NCBI RefSeq assembly: GCF_046119375.1 | Contig: NW_027362763.1 | Location: forward strand, 152,520,001 to 152,584,000 | Origin: Phyllobates terribilis | Lineage: Eukaryota | Length of the DNA: 64,000 bases | Reading direction: 5' to 3' | Shown here: positions 63,292-64,000 of the stretch, in pieces | How positions within the stretch are numbered: position 1 is the stretch's first letter | Layout of the letters: each line of letters starts with the position of its first letter | Notes under the pieces: model-generated | What the model saw: the letters and a program-made list of their open reading frames with translations, nothing else | Databases searched by the model: none | Told to the model about the DNA's origin: nothing | Translations under genes and position numbers: made by a program

Positions 63292-64000
63292 TTACATAGT
63301 TACATAGGTTAAAAAAAGACTCGTATTCATCAAGTTCTGCCTTTCTCCACCAATTTACATTCTTTGTCACTAAATTATCTATATCCCACAATGCCATTTC
63401 TGCTGAAGAAGTCATCCAGCCCTTGTATAAAAGCTGTTATAGTGTCGACCATTACTACTTCTTGTGGTCGACATTCCACAGTCTGACTGCTCTGACTGTA
63501 AAGAACCCTTTCCTGTTTAGCCGCCAGAATCGCCTTTCTTCCACCTGTAATGAGTGCCCCCTGGTGCTTAGTATGGGTTCTAGAAGCAATAAGTCATGTG
63601 CTAGTCCCCTGTACTGACCACACATGGATTTATGCATATAAATGATATCTCCTCTGAGACGTCTTTTTTCTAAGTTAAACAAGCCCAACTTTTCCAACCT
63701 ATCATCATATGAGAGGCCTTCCATCCTTTTTAACAATCTAATTCTCCACCTTTGAAATGACTCTAACTTCTGAATATTGTTTTTAATATATAGAGTAAAA
63801 ATCTGGATCCCATATTCTAGATGTGGCCTCACCAGTGATTTATAAAGGGGTAACAAAACGTTGGTATCGCAGGATTTTTTCTCTCTTTTTATATACCATA
63901 AAATCTAGTTTGCTTTTGCCTTTTGCAGCTGCTGCTTGACCTTGAGTACTGCTGCCCAGCTTACTTGTAACCAGAACACCCAAGTCCTTCTCCTGTTCTG
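63292..64000 (-). mobile_element. Paralogous CR1 3' end, unit B (runs off the window)
   Basis: Colinear with 25691-26392 (offset 37608 at the window end). Confidence 0.88.

Larger units (their letters stand above)
1..64000 (+). other. Head-to-tail segmental duplication: unit A ~1-30715, unit B ~30716-64000+
   Basis: Same order and orientation of kinase gene, MITE, Tc1, hAT, foldback arm, old hAT and CR1. Offset is ~30,700 over the gene and 37,608 at the CR1. Confidence 0.95.

Noticed and set aside
1-64000. The duplication as a pure assembly artefact (same reads placed twice)
   Set aside because: About 5-6% divergence in sampled neutral DNA and several unit-specific insertions with clean TSDs and empty sites. 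Falsely tandem divergent haplotypes are unlikely but need read-level confirmation.

Overview
Eukaryotic genomic DNA, most likely from a frog. This rests on GT-AG introns and on frog-type CR1, Tc1, hAT and Tourist-like MITE families; the species cannot be called from sequence alone. The window holds about two units of a head-to-tail segmental duplication. Each unit carries a compact multi-exon MAST-family (AGC) Ser/Thr kinase gene on the + strand, followed by ~25-30 kb of nested transposon debris. Copy A (276-3971) shows exons 5-16 only. Copy B (29061-34671) is complete by manual splicing: 16 exons, 656 aa. Both reading frames are open with all catalytic motifs. Copy B has only the C-terminal part of the MAST N-terminal (DUF1908-like) region, and neither copy has the PDZ domain or long tail of canonical MASTs; both end in a basic, Cys-containing tail instead. 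Comparing the units exposes unit-specific events: a 13-bp satellite of 313 units in A versus 7 in B inside the same MITE hairpin; B-only insertions (5-kb non-autonomous hAT with giant palindromes, 5'-truncated Gypsy, solo LTR, MITE); a spacer-poor ~627-bp-arm foldback element; reciprocal loss of hAT ends; and a ~1.9-kb low-divergence tract behind the kinase gene. No rRNA, tRNA or CRISPR was found. Divergence figures are hand counts and need recomputing.
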